DNA of 56,846 nucleotides, counting the filler, from Basidiobolus ranarum (Eukaryota): NCBI GenBank assembly GCA_040143965.1. It is 4 parts of 4 records of this genome, joined end to end, with 100 filler letters (N's around TTAATTAATTAA, not from the genome) between each part and the next. Parts side by side here need not be neighbours in the genome. Positions count along the whole stretch, not along the records: positions 1 to 14,168 come from JASJQH010007314.1; 3 more parts are not named here. The stretch is one strand, 5' to 3'. Under the pieces are notes generated by a model, which saw nothing but the letters and a program-made list of their open reading frames with translations, was not told the origin of the DNA and made no database searches. This document shows positions 1 to 13,347 of the stretch, in pieces. The position numbers and the translations under genes are program-made. Numbering within the stretch: the first letter of the stretch is position 1; each line of letters starts with the position of its first letter.

Positions 1-560
1 AAACTACAAAAGTAGTTATGGCTTCTTTGTTTTGCTTGAAATAAAGATTTCACCTGTTGGTGACTGTCCCCCCCCCTAACCCTGATATCATGAATCCAAT
101 ATAACCTATAGTTTACTATCTTGATAATATATGACAAATGTTTATTCTACTATGTTGAAGATTTATTAAAATCATTACTCTAATAGTGTTTGCTGACTTA
201 TTGGCTGGTATAATAAATTTATATATTATAATGCATCCTACATGTCTATTTACAATCTTAATTAAAATAAGCTAGTTAAAATGACTTTATATATGCAGGT
301 TCTGTATTTGGTATACTAATAAAATCTGTAAGATTATCTATGCTTATCATAATATGATTTGCTTTTTAACGGATTTTACATCATGATGGCCAGATCTTTG
401 TCTTAACTCAAATGCGATTGTCATGTAGTTTCAAAATTCTAGAATTTATTAAATATTTATCAATATAGTATAGTATAGCAGATAAATTTGTATGTGTGTG
501 TGTATACTTTATTACTCTAATTTGTTGTATCCTATTCTTGAATCTATTGTATACTGAAGG

Positions 561-2332
561 CTAGACTTCGACTTGGGTTGAATCACCCTCATCATCTTCC
601 CTCTTACTATCTCCCAGTTGCCTATGCTCCAGCCCGAAACAAGTTACAAATCCAAACAGTGCAACGCCTAGTAAGAATCTGAATCCATTTTGGATAGCTT
701 CTACATACGCATCCACCACTATTATTCTTTGATCAATTGTGAGCTTTGCCAACACCTCAGGACTTAGGGCATTGATTACAACATCGAGTCCAGCCATTTG
801 AGCGGTCACTTTGGTTTCGAAGATATTTCCAATAATAGACCCAATCACTGCTATACTAATACAACCGCCAAGATTGCACATCATATTAGCAACTGCAGTC
901 ACAGTGCCAATATCCTGGCGCCTAACACCCGCTTGGGCAGCTATTAGCTGAGTCTGTGTAGTCAAACCAAAGCCTAGACCACCAATAAGAAGATAACCGA
1001 TTTGTTGGCCTAAATTACTGGAACGGGAGAGAGTCGAGGTCAAGCCCATGGCAATTGCTAAAACACCTAACCCAGCGATATTTAGAGAGCGATAGATACC
1101 AAAACGTTTGGTGAGATAATTTGCAAATAACGATGATATGCAAGCACCAAACAAAAACGGGAATAAATGAATGCCAGAAATGATAGCCGAAGACTGATGG
1201 ACGATCTGGAAGTATAAGGGAATATAGAAAACTACAGCAAACTACAGGAATTGAAAGATATTGAGTAAACAAATCAGAAGGAATCAAATTCAATGGATTG
1301 ATATATCGGTAACATACCAAAATGAAAAAGGTGGCTGCTCTAGCAATGAGGATAATAGGAAAATTGCGGAATTTCCATTGTAATAAGCGCAAGGGTAATA
1401 CTGGCTCTCTAGCCACATAGTGCTCTATCAAGACAAACGCTACTATGAATACGGCAGTTACCACAAGTAGACTTATTATCATTGGGCTGTTCCATGCATA
1501 TTCGGTACCACCCCAGGACATGGCGAGGAGAAAAGCAACCAAAAAAATGGTCATAGTACTCATGCCCAAGAAATCGATACGCTTCAGCTTTTCTTGCAAA
1601 GTACCACCAGGAATTGGGAGCTTAATGTAGCGAACGATAATAATGGCAATGAAAGGGTAGGCGATCAGGTTAATCCAGAAACACCAACGCCACGTTACTG
1701 AATCGGTAAACACTCCTCCAATAAGAGGACCCAAGCAATCAGTTATAACAAAGACCAAGTTGATGATATTCATATAACTAGTTCGCTCTCTTTCTGTAGT
1801 CATATCTGATAATATAATGAAACATAAATTCAGCAATCCAGCCCCACCGACTCCTGCAACCACTCGGCCGATGATCAACGCTATCATACTAGGAGCAGCA
1901 GCGCACACAACACTTCCAATTACAAAAATTGTAACACAATATAGCATGACCAGTTGTCGGCCAAAAATATCACTGATCTTCCCATAAAATGGCTGAAGTG
2001 CTGTAGTTGGTAACAAGTAAGCGGTAGCAATCCAAGAAATCAAACCAAAAGCCTGAAAATCAGCAGCAATTTTAGGTTGCGCAGTAGCAACTACCGTTTG
2101 ATCAAGTGCAAATAAAAATGTGACGGTAGAAAGTCTGGGAAAATTTTGTAAAAGCAACACATTCAGTTAGCCAATTGTGTTTTGGTTATTCGCGTAGAGA
2201 GACTATAACTAACCCAAGCAAAAGTAAAATCAATTGCACCCTAGGCATATCAGCCGCATAGAGCTTAGCCGGAATTCCTTGCTTACCCTTTTCTTCTAAG
2301 TCTGGTGATTGCGGGCCGATAGTGGTCTTCAT
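561..2332 (-). CDS. MFS drug:H+ antiporter (DHA2/14-TM type) efflux transporter; 3 exons (2332-2214, 2134-1318, 1241-561)
   Basis: Motifs FALDQTVVATA, WIATAYLL, YGKISDIFGR, GRVVAGVGGAG, WRWCFWINL. The two ORF-track pieces join in frame through GT-AG introns 2213-2135 and 1317-1242. Confidence 0.93.
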
Positions 2333-2789
2333 CTTTGATAGTTATGAGATTGGTGAAAAAGCAGGGTGTGCTGTGGGATTCTGATCTTCTTTATATAAAA
2401 TCGATTTCAAAGAAACATCAAAAGTAAGCTAACTCGGAGTTTTTCTTCTCAATACTTTAAATGATGAGTGCTGAAAGAATTTCCCAATCACGCCTGCTTC
2501 CTCATAAATAGCTCTGTTTGTCTTACAACAAATCGTGCTCACCACACATGCTCTCTGATGTGTTACCAAATATGTAACTTTGTAAGTCTGCTTCCCCCAG
2601 ACCTGATGCATAATGACTACGATCTCTGTGCCATGAATATCCACTTGAATACCTTACATAGCAACATTCTAGTACGAAAGCGCTACTGCTTAAGCTTTAG
2701 AATTTTTCAATTTACCGTTTTTGTGGTACGTATACTACTGTCACTCCGATGACTCTTACGAAAAACACGCTTCCTCCCCAGTTTAAAAG

Positions 2790-3440
2790 CTGTTTTACCA
2801 ATCAAGAAGAGAGCCACGGTTCAGGGTATCACTAGTATACATATCCGCAGCTACGTGGGAATGAGGCAGAGAAAATCATATTACCTACACTGTTTTTTGG
2901 CCTCTTACTGGTAGAGCTCTGCCTCATTGTATTGCTAAACGCTTCAGATCGTCTCTGCTGTTCTACAGTGATATTACAATCTCTCTCTCTCTCGTATGAT
3001 GTCCAGATATGGGATGAATCTTGATTCAAGTACAGATTTGATTTGCAAGCTCTTGGCTACCAGAAAGGCCGGTCGTTGATGAGATTACTCTCCTGGAGGA
3101 CAGAGTTGCACTACTTGCATCGCTGTTTGTGTACAGCTAAAAAAATCCCAAGAATATTCTGAACTCCCTTTCATTGGGTACAAATCGTATCACATCAATA
3201 AACTTGACAACCCAATATAGACTTACATTGCAAACTGTTATAACGACTGGAAAGGGGTATTAGTCCTACTGTTTCGTCTTTCAAATTTTATTTCGACTGC
3301 GTCCCCTCACAGGTTCTTCCGTTAGGAGATCACACTTCAGAAGTATAAGCCATAGTCACCAAAATAGCGGGAATATACGACACATCAACTGTGCTCTCCC
3401 AGAATAGTCCATATCCAACTCCTTCCCTTTGATTTTTAGC
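2790..3440 (-). pseudogene. Highly degraded casein kinase I-like kinase pseudogene
   Basis: Frameshifted fragments in the correct CK1 order: DLLTEEPV / VEIKFERR (cf. NLLxxEPVAIKFE), ESNLI..R, SGSQELANQI, IHPISGHHTRERE (cf. DPKTKQHIPYRE), EQ.RDDLK (cf. EQSRRDDLE), NRGSLLDW (cf. YFNRGSLPW). Many stops and deletions. Confidence 0.6.
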
Positions 3441-5854
3441 TAGTTAGCCGTGATATCAGATACTGGAAATTTAGTACTTTTAGTTTAGAAAACTATTTTG
3501 TTCAGAAAAGCTGAGGAAACAGTTATCATCTGGTTATGGTTTTTAGGTTAGGACCATTTATATATCTAGGCTTGAATTTATTTGTAATTGTTCTCATTAG
3601 AATATGTAATTTTTTTCTCAATAATGAGGAAAATCATTGAAACTCCATCATATTTTAAGATTTTGAATCTTGAATATTCAGTAATTTTAATATATTCCAG
3701 ATATGCTGATTGTGACTTACTTTCATCACCATGAAGTATCAATGATAAGAACTATTCATTTAGCTGTACTAATGCTAAGAACTCAGCAGGTCTAGAAAAA
3801 TACAGTAAAAGGTGAATCTCGAGCACTCCTTGCTGGCTTCTCTCGATATATTTGTTTAGATGACGAGGATTACTTCCATATCCCTACCTATTTGAATATT
3901 TTTGGAATTAGGGTTAGGAAGTATTCTGATGTAATGAGTGACCATCACGTATCTGCTCTGTTTTCAATCATTGATAGGTGAACCTGTGGGTGATTGTACG
4001 GAAAGATATTTATCTTGTCTGTTGTGAATAGTTGTGCTTAGTATTCTTTCGTGAAAATATATTTGTTGAAATAAGATTCTGGCTGGGATAATTTTTTTGA
4101 TTGCCAGGAACGTGTTTCGTCGAGATATACTTTGTTTAGGGTAGATGTATTTGCAGAATGTGGTTGTGTTTCTTTGCATTTAAGCCAAGAAACGTTTGGT
4201 TTTGAAAATTTGTAGATCGTGTGAGTATCTAGGAGTTTGATTTCTGTATCTGATTCAAAGAAAGATATATCTAGGGGTCTTTGGTACCTTCAAACAAACC
4301 CATAACTTTCTAAGGTTTGTCGAATCTACTATGTGTGCAATGTTGTCAAGAATCATGCTTGTACGCTGAATCTTGATAACTTTTGCCAACAATAATTCGG
4401 TACTCTTGTTAAAATAGTGTGGAGATAGAACATACCAGGAGTTACAGTTTTTACGAATTGGCAAGATAGACACTCAGAGGATCAAAATTTCCTTGATATA
4501 TGTTCAAATACAGTTATGCATACTAAGATATTAGTATGATGTAAACACTTGCATAATGGCATACTGCAATCATAGCCTATTTGTGCATCTTTCAGTTAGG
4601 TCAATATGAAGAATATTGGTATATGTATCAATTATTAGATATTAAAGTAATACTTTGTAAATCTTAGTCAACACTTCTTTCATTGAATCAGAGAGTATTG
4701 ATAGCAACTAATCGATAAGTAGTATACTGTGCTTCTCTAATAATAGCAAATTGAACTCGGTATATAGACACTACATATATACATACATAAGTACTATTGT
4801 TGTTGTGTAAACTACAATATATTACAAAGATCAATTTGCTGCACTCAAATAAGTAAACAAGGCCACCAGTACACACTGGATAGGTAGATTTACGGCTCTA
4901 TACTGTATGTATTGAGTAAAAACAAATCGCTGTACCACTTCTACTACTGGCAATCTCTCATTGCATTTGAATGACTTGCTTGTCACGAGCTTCTTGATAA
5001 TAGTGTCCACAATTGTTTAAAGAATTAGATAAATATCTTACAGCTTGAAAATATGACTCACAAAGTCTTCTTCTAAAAAAGACCTTCGTTTGGATGTATA
5101 CTATGCCATAATCTCATCAGATGGATCAGGATTGCGGGAAATTACAGTTAAACCATGAGTAATGAGTAAGCACCCAGTCTATTTAGAATTGAAATATTAG
5201 TGATACATTTCTATATATTTGATTAACCATTCTTTACGAAATTGGTGTAACCCGATTAAGACAATTAACCCAACATTGACAAAATGGGTGGATCTAAGAC
5301 CGAAGTGATGATAAGTCTGGTACTATTCTGGCAATGAGTATATAAAAATAGCTACCAATGATCAGTGGTCTAATAATTTACGGAGCATTAGGCAATACAT
5401 GACGCATATGCATTACCAGTACCATTACCATAGTGATGAAACCCAAGCCTCGCAATTATCTCATCCACACTAGTCTGCTGAAAGAGAATACTTCGGTTTG
5501 GAATCTAAAAAGCCAGTGATTTATTATTGTCAAAAGGCAGATTCGATTACATCTCGAGTGAAAGGAAAATCATTAAAGGTATAAAGGTGCTGTGAAACGT
5601 TGGTAGTTCCAGGAGAAGAAAAATGGAGGAACAGAGAAGGCGAAAGAATTGGAAGAAAGTTGTTTACGAATATGAGATAAAGGGATTAAACAGATGGAAC
5701 CTTATGACGGGAAACGTGAGTTGGGGCTATTTAGATGATACAACAAAACCGAGATTCAAAAAGGTAAATAATGTGCTGCAACAACCCCTAATAGCAGAAA
5801 GATGTATGATAGTAACTAGTTAATCTTCAACATGGTGTGGGATAGATATGGCCA

Positions 5855-8687
5855 TTAAATTTTGATCTGAGGATGTGTATCGCTCATCTCAAAAGCACCC
5901 CCCTCTCTCAACTCTGCCCATCCCTTCTTTTTGGAAAGTTTTCTGGGCATCTTCTTGAAAGCTAAATGATTGTAGATATGTCCAATGATGGAGAATAGCA
6001 TGCCGAGAATACTACTTACCATGGAAAGGAAAGGGAACAGAGTGAAGTAACCATTGGAGGTTTTGAATAAAGATTGAATGATTAAATGGGGAAGATCTGA
6101 AAGTAAAAGGCCGATAGCTGTACAATACAGAATACGCTTAGACACATTGTCCGAGAAAGGAGCATTCAAATTATTAAAGCCAGCGAATCTTGAACGGAGG
6201 ATATTGAGAAGTACAGGATTGATCGAGGCTAAGAGTGAAATTAGAGCGGTGATCATGGTGCGGTGTGCAAACCACTCATGGAATGCAGGATTCTCTGATA
6301 CTTCCTTCACAATGATCATAGTGGAACTAAGCATGTAAAAAGCAAATGGTAAAATGAGGAAAATAACTGAAGGAATTCGTAAATATGGGACGTCCGAGCT
6401 GTTGAAGATGACGAACATAAGATATGCTATGAAGTTAAACAAGGAAACAGCCAACACAAACAGAATCATGTTGTTGCTCTCAGGGAATCGACGATGGCAG
6501 ACAGCATATAACGCGGCCAGTAGTACTATCACCACACCGCCTGCAATGAAAATATTGCGGTTTTGGGCAAACATATTCTCTGTTTAAGGAAATATAAGTG
6601 TTTGTTCGAAGGACATCTAGCAACTAAAGTTGAAAATACAAACCTTCAATTTTGGCGCCATACTGAGCATCAATGTACTGGGTAACAACGCCACCATTTA
6701 GAGCGCTGGTTTCTTTCTTAGCAATCATTTGATCGAAATAGGTGATCAATGAACTCACGGGATTGACTCCATTAGAGTCATGAGCCTTTTTGAGGGTTAC
6801 TTGATAAATTTCACCTCCATAATCAGCTCTCAAGTACCTGCAGGAAATACGCGAAGACTCGATAGGAATCATCATTGCCAATTCTTTTGCTAGAGTGGCA
6901 CTTGTAGTATCATGGTTGCTTGTTTGACCTGCAGGCAGCAATCTAAGCTGCAAGGTGACATCATTTTTGTCTGCAAATTGGCCAGTAATCGTCTGGGTAC
7001 GGAATTGCCACTCACCAACTTCCGCACCCTTTCGAAGTCCCATCAATGGCTCGTTAGAGGAACTTCTAAAAGTACCTCCATCTATGGTAACCCGGTAGTC
7101 AGTAGCGGGGGTGTTGAATGTAAATGGGGAGACCTTTACAACATAAGGGTTGGGAAGCTGATTGGAGCTTGGAATTACAGGGATGATTTCTCTTGGAATG
7201 CTATACTGGTCGGCACTAGAGTAAATAGAGATGTTTCCAATGCCAAATCGATAATCTTTCTCCGAGAAAGTGATTGAAAGACTATTTTCATTGAGCTGAA
7301 TCTGGCCATCGACATTAGGAAGAACATTCGAAATAGTTGGATTGTTGCCGACACCCGATTCTATCATGAAGAGTAATTAGTTTCATCTCTAATGACTGAA
7401 ATAAACTATGTGAGAATTACCTAAGTACTTGGGAACAACTTGAGAAATAATCTGATAGCCTGTATTCGCTACAGCCCAGTTGGGAGTGGAATTAGGGGAT
7501 ATACCAGCAATACTTAAAACTGTGTTATCCTGGGAAAGTACCGCCAATGGACCCCAAAATATATTCAATCCATTGACAGGTTGACTGGTAAAATTGCGAT
7601 TATATAGGAGTCGGTTAGTCACTACTTGGTCAGCTTGCGCATCAGCAGAAACTACAACCATTCCACCGTAAGGCAAAGGTAATGTAATGGGGGGTCGAAA
7701 GGCTTTGGTGGTGTCAACGTTCGTTGTAGGTAGGAGCGTGGCCGGAATATCTTACCTAGCACCAGTAAATGAGAACTCCGTTATGTATGAAGCGTAAGAA
7801 CGAACTGCTGCAGCACCACTACCCCAATACTCATAAACACAGTAATGGCCATCACCAGCTCTCAAAGTGCCACATTTAATTACACGAAGATATCCCAGTG
7901 TATTAGACATAGCTACTATAAACGCTTGGGTGATCGGCTTGCCTGGTTGTATATATGCTGCACGGATTAGATTGTTGTTGTTTTTACCATTATTGTTCAA
8001 ACCAGCATTCCAATTGACAATGAAATTTCCATCAGCAGTGGAAGAAGCGGCAATACTTTGTACATAGCTACGATCCGTTGTCACTGTAAATACTTTAGAT
8101 GCTATCAAAGTGGAGTTCAGTACAGTCGCGCCGCTATCGTCTAACAAAGTATACATAGCCGAGCCGGTATTATCTTTCTCGATTATATAATAGGTGATCA
8201 AAATTTTGGCTGGCTGGGTTTCACTAACTGCAACCGAATAGGTAAGAACGTCAAACAACACCCTGTTTTGTCCTTTAGGAGATCCTGTTTTATCATAGAC
8301 TTGAATGTTCAATTTACTACTTCCTAAAGGAATGTACATATGAGCAATGTCGCCGCTGCCCAAGTCTAAAAACAACGAATTTTCATCAGTAAACACAACT
8401 GGAAGATCTGATATGCTGAAGAGTTGCTTTTGGTTAGCATCGTAACAATATGCTAAATCAGGCAGAGTGTAACTGAGCATATTCTTGAAGTCTTGTGCAG
8501 TTTCTCCAGATATCATGCTGTATGCAGTATAATTAGTATACCGAGCGAATGTCCAGATGGACCGGCCATCTTCAAAAACTGCTGCGTTCAAACGTGGAGC
8601 TATCTCCCCAAGAACATTTTGAATTGAGAAAAGCGTTAACAGACTTAAAGCTAGCACAAACTGAATTAGTTTGGCCATGGTATTCAA
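5855..8687 (-). CDS. Uncharacterised ~880-aa cell-surface protein: signal peptide, large beta-rich ectodomain, SbsA/Big_5-like Ig domain and ~6 C-terminal TM helices; 4 exons
   Basis: N-terminal hydrophobic signal (LIQFVLALSLLTLFSIQNVLG). Introns 7755-7703, 7420-7361 and 6643-6580 (all GT-AG) fuse four ORFs in frame. Ig-like segment ISNVLP...SLSITFS...GNISIY...DYRVTIDGG. Hydrophobic TM segments with DLPHLIIQ. Confidence 0.85.
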
Positions 8688-11529
8688 CGTTCGAAGTAAA
8701 TAAACGAATATTAAATGCTAAGGGGAAGTTCGTAGAGAGTGAATTAGCTTCGCCTAAGCTTTCGTTGGGATAAACACTTTGAGTGCAACGGTTTGTGAAA
8801 GATACTTAAAAAAGGCAAGTATTCTGGCCAATAATGAGGCAAAACAACAAGATACGTGTAAGTAATAAAGTAGAAGGAAAGAAATAGATTGAAAAGGCCG
8901 GCTAAGGAGAAGTAAAAGAGAGAAGAAGGTTGACGGAAAGAAAGTCAAGAAAGAGATAAAATCTATACAGAGTCAAGATGATGAAATGATTTGAATGGTT
9001 AGGGGCTGTAGCACAAACCTCTATTAGGAAGAAGCTTCGAAAAGGAGAGAATAATTAATACAGTATTCACCATTTTAGAAAATCAACCCATTGCATTTGA
9101 GTGTTCATTCGAGGGTCAAAAATAGGTTCAGTAGCCTAAAGCGTTTGCTCAATGTAACATTACAAATTATGTGTACTTCATGGCAATGATCTTTTTTTTC
9201 GACGACCAAACCTAATCACTAATTATTATCAAATGACACTTTGTCCCAGCCACCTTTCAACCTGTTTTATCCGGCTCGCTAGAATCCCCAAACAGCCAAT
9301 GGAGAACGACAATCCACTGATTTTAAGGAACAGATTGCGCTCACCCTACGATAATTAAAGGTAAGCTGATCATAGCTTGAGGATTCGAAACAACAATCAA
9401 TACTGCATGGGAAACTCATTGCTTCAAATATACAACGGCAGCCAATTAAGCCCTCAATATGTATTAGCGTATTAGAGCATTAGCTGGTGCAATGACAAAG
9501 AGATGTACAACACTCAATTGCCACAATGGCCACGGTTGGAGACTACTGACATTGCAATGATTTTCCACAGTTGGGGGTACCTCTTATGCATCTTAAATCT
9601 GGAACTATTAAAAAGGGAGGTGCAAAATATCAGCAACATGGTTAAACGTGAAACTTGTGCTAGTAATTGGATATAGAATTAGTTAGGAATGAAACCACGT
9701 ATGCATGAACGCTCGCATAAAAATAGGACTAATCTATGAAGGGGAACTGAATTCCCACTCCTTCCAAATCCGGATGACGGCGATATTAAAATAGACACTC
9801 ATGTACCTGCTTATTGATAATTAAGGAACATGCATTACTCATTATTGGGGGTACCCTGGTCCACTTTTGTCTCTAAAGGATTGATTACTAACCGACCGCT
9901 GCATAAGATACTATTTTCATGGCCTCCATATCTCCATGTAAGTTAGCTACTGCTTTGAGCACATTCCCCACTCTATTTGTAGTAGCCAACCCAATTTCTG
10001 TTCGTCGTACTGTGTTTATTTTTGTTTTTATTTTGGCGTTATATCTATATTAGAGTTCAATAGCTTTTAATCGTGTGCTACTAACACCTATTCACTGCTA
10101 ATTTCTTTCTGACTGCTGCTTTCAACGCTAAGACTGGTCTAGTCTTCACATTACTTATTCCAAGTGTAGCGCACTAATCTGTTTTCAACAGGATGAAATT
10201 CAACATTTAAAATTATCTAAAGCTGGTACTGGATTACAGTGCACAAAGCAAACAAGCAATGTAGACCCAATGCACTAGACCTTTAGCCCTGTATACAAGA
10301 TTGAGAAAACATTTGATAAGAATATATATTCAGTGTCCATACATGGTCACTTAGTGAGAAAGTTCACATATTCATTATATTGTATAATTTTCAACTTTAT
10401 CAGAATCTTGAATTCATATTTCCATAAACTGTGTTTTTAAGAATGTCAAAGTAGTTTTAGAGCAGGCTAGCAGTCTGCACCTCTCTATTCAGAATTGGTT
10501 TTTAATCTCTACTTTGACAATCAATTAACAACACAAGATTCTAAATCTCATATGTGATTGCTATAGGCTATTTAAGCCACTTGAATAGAGTTAAATGAAA
10601 GTTCACTAGAATCTTTGAATTAGACGGTGCACCATAGCTCTAACCTTCAATTTCCTCATGGAAGTTGATGTGTATGCTAAGTCTAAAGAATGGGTCGCTT
10701 TCAGGTGTGGTGATGTTTGTTGTCATGATCACACTCTTCATTGTGGCTTGATTATATTCCGGCAGCCAAGATGCTGAATGCATCTACCATATGGCACTCG
10801 CATGATTGCAAATTGATATTCATCCATACAATCATTGAATTCATTGGCTTGAGGGCTCTAGTGATGAGACAGGAAGGTCAGGAGATTACTTTACTGTGGC
10901 TTTTGGTTCGTCTAAGGTGAAGATGCGAATTATTTCACTTATTTGGGTCACAGGTTGCCATCTTATGATCATTTTCATTTCGCAAACATAAGGCGTGTTG
11001 CAAGTATTCCATTTACTCTGGTGATTCAGGTTCGGGTTCAACCTGAACGTGACCTCCCCTGACATCCAGTCACCAATCATCATCGTTTCTGCAGAATATT
11101 GAGGGTACTCTTGGCCACATCAAGATCCAACAGTAGTTGAAACAACGAGTTACACATGTTTCTCTTAACCAGTGCCCACCTGACTTGAGGAAAGGTAATA
11201 TTCGGAGAATTCCTGAGCCTTGAAAATTCTCACCATCAGCAATATCATCAAGGCTTGGAATTGACTTTGTCCACATGGAGGAAATACATTAGATTTCTGT
11301 AAGATGATGACCCGATGACCCAATGATTGCTTATTTTCTTTTGCACTCGCATTGGCTCTGAAAAGGTAATTCTAGTACATCGTGTTTAAGGATATTTCCA
11401 TCAAAGAAGATCAATAGATGATTCGATATGGCAGATGGGAACTGAGGTTAGAAAAAGTATAAAAGTGGAATTGAGGCATCCCAACTCCTCACTTATCCTA
11501 CCGTTTCTTCGCAAAATCTTAACACCAGA

Positions 11530-11793
11530 ATGTCAGTTGCCCGAATTATTCGCACCGTTGCTATTTTAAAGCAAATGAACGGTCGTACGTTATCCACCGT
11601 CAGTAGCGAGACTCAGTTCAGCAACCGTCGAATCGAGGAGGTTCTCAAGTCTGGCACTGCAAGAACTATGTTGCAACAAGCAAGGTCTCAAGCAGCACGC
11701 GTTCAAAGAGCCCAGCCAACCCCTAACAAACAACCCAATCCCTCTGTAATTAATCCCAGTCAACAGACCAACACCATTACCCGCAGCCTTTGA
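11530..11793 (+). CDS. Small 87-aa hypothetical protein with mitochondrial-presequence-like N-terminus
   Basis: ATG in good context (ccagaATG), TATAAAA at ~11458, coding-like codon usage. The first ~26 residues are Arg/Ser/Thr-rich with no acidic residues. Confidence 0.55.
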   Translation: MSVARIIRTVAILKQMNGRTLSTVSSETQFSNRRIEEVLKSGTARTMLQQARSQAARVQRAQPTPNKQPNPSVINPSQQTNTITRSL

Positions 11794-13347
11794 GCAGCCG
11801 CACCATGTATTTTACTGCCATACTAATGTCATTCTCAGCTCTATACCTATAAACTGATACCTCTTGTCAAGATGAACTATGTATATTTGTGTGCCATTGA
11901 ATTCATTCGTGTCATTAAAGTCTTGCGCTTCCCAAAGTCTCACGCCATCATCACGATAGTTTACATCTATTTGGTAATTATTGTGGATTTATTTTGAGAG
12001 AATAGCCACTTAGGGCAAGCGGAAGAAGCACTTTAATTGTGAAAGAAAAAAATACCTGTATTAGTTCAAGGCGAATGCCAATTTGGTAACCGTAATAATC
12101 TTTCGGCCAATTTCTCACAGTTGGAATCATTTGGGCTGTTGTAGTACAAGCAGCATGTTTATCTTGGTAGTGTCCCGTCTCCTTTTACTCGTGAGAATTC
12201 CCAATAAATCAGGGTAATACAAATCACCCCTGCTCCATTGGAGTTTTTTTCTTCATTCCGACGGAACTCTTCGGATGATGAGATGATTCGGTTAATCCGA
12301 AACCGCCTTGTTCGATTACAAATTAGATTGCTGTCGGAGAACTCGTGGAAGTGGGATACAAGAATTAGTATTCCGTCTCATTGGTTCAGGTTTGCACATA
12401 TATCAAGCCTATAGCCCAGCCGTGGGATCTATTTTGGTCGGTCAAAAGAGGTATCATTCTAGACAGACTAAACCAAGTGATCATCGATGAATTTCTTGGG
12501 AATAAGTATGTTTGGAGAATTCCAACAAACCAATAGCACAAGTAAGCTCCATCATCTTGAGAGTATTGAATCTAGAATGTTGCAATTATAGAATGTTTTC
12601 ATTCCGTGCATGCCTCCATCAACTCAACAATATTAATGGGTGTGTAATCTGAAATCCTATTGAAAATTCCCACTGATATCCAGAAAGGCTCGTTCTCTTG
12701 TTTATGGTATTCAGCAGTTCAGTTGGTATTTGAGAATAAGAAGTGATCATCCAAGATAGAAATACTTCCTAGTGCAGGCCTTGCCATAATAGATTCACGA
12801 AGAAATATTTCAATGCATATGTAAGCTAAATCAAGTAGATTCTATACATGTAGTAGGACGTTACTGGATTAGGGATCTTAGCTAACATGTACGCCATATT
12901 GCTAAATAGTAAGTATTTTTGCAGCTACTACAACATAGTAAAAGTGGAATAATGACTAGTTGGTGTAAAGCTGCTAGTTTGAGGAATCACTTAGTGAATG
13001 GCATATAGGATTTCTCCATATTGGTTGTTTCTGTATGGATTTTCTAACTCGAGGCTGGTTGTTATATCCAGTACTGATGCATATCTTAATAGTAAGATAT
13101 TTGTCTGAGTGAATCTTCATCTGTTGGGAAAGAGTCCAAGGGATTCCCCCTCTTCACTAGGCAATGAATTCAGGGAAGCAATGCTCCAGGTTAAAATCTA
13201 CCAACGCAGTTTTCAGATAGGGCTATGTTCACATATTGGGAACGTTGAAGCGGTGTAGACTAGTATCTAATTTTTAAATACCCACATTACTGGCCGTCTG
13301 GTCAGTATTTCAAAAGTTAGTATACTACAAAGGAATTGTTGGAAATC

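Noticed and set aside
3907..3918. TTAGGG-like telomeric hexamers (also ~23068 and ~28184)
   Set aside because: Only 1-2 units; expected by chance.
3900..4500. Strand-skewed stretch with short ORFs, possibly a LINE ORF1 relic
   Set aside because: No recognisable zinc knuckle, endonuclease or RT motif.
12700..13300. Weak LINE C-terminal-like fragments on the minus strand (LYAIH*VIP, LAIWRT)
   Set aside because: Too short and degenerate to support.
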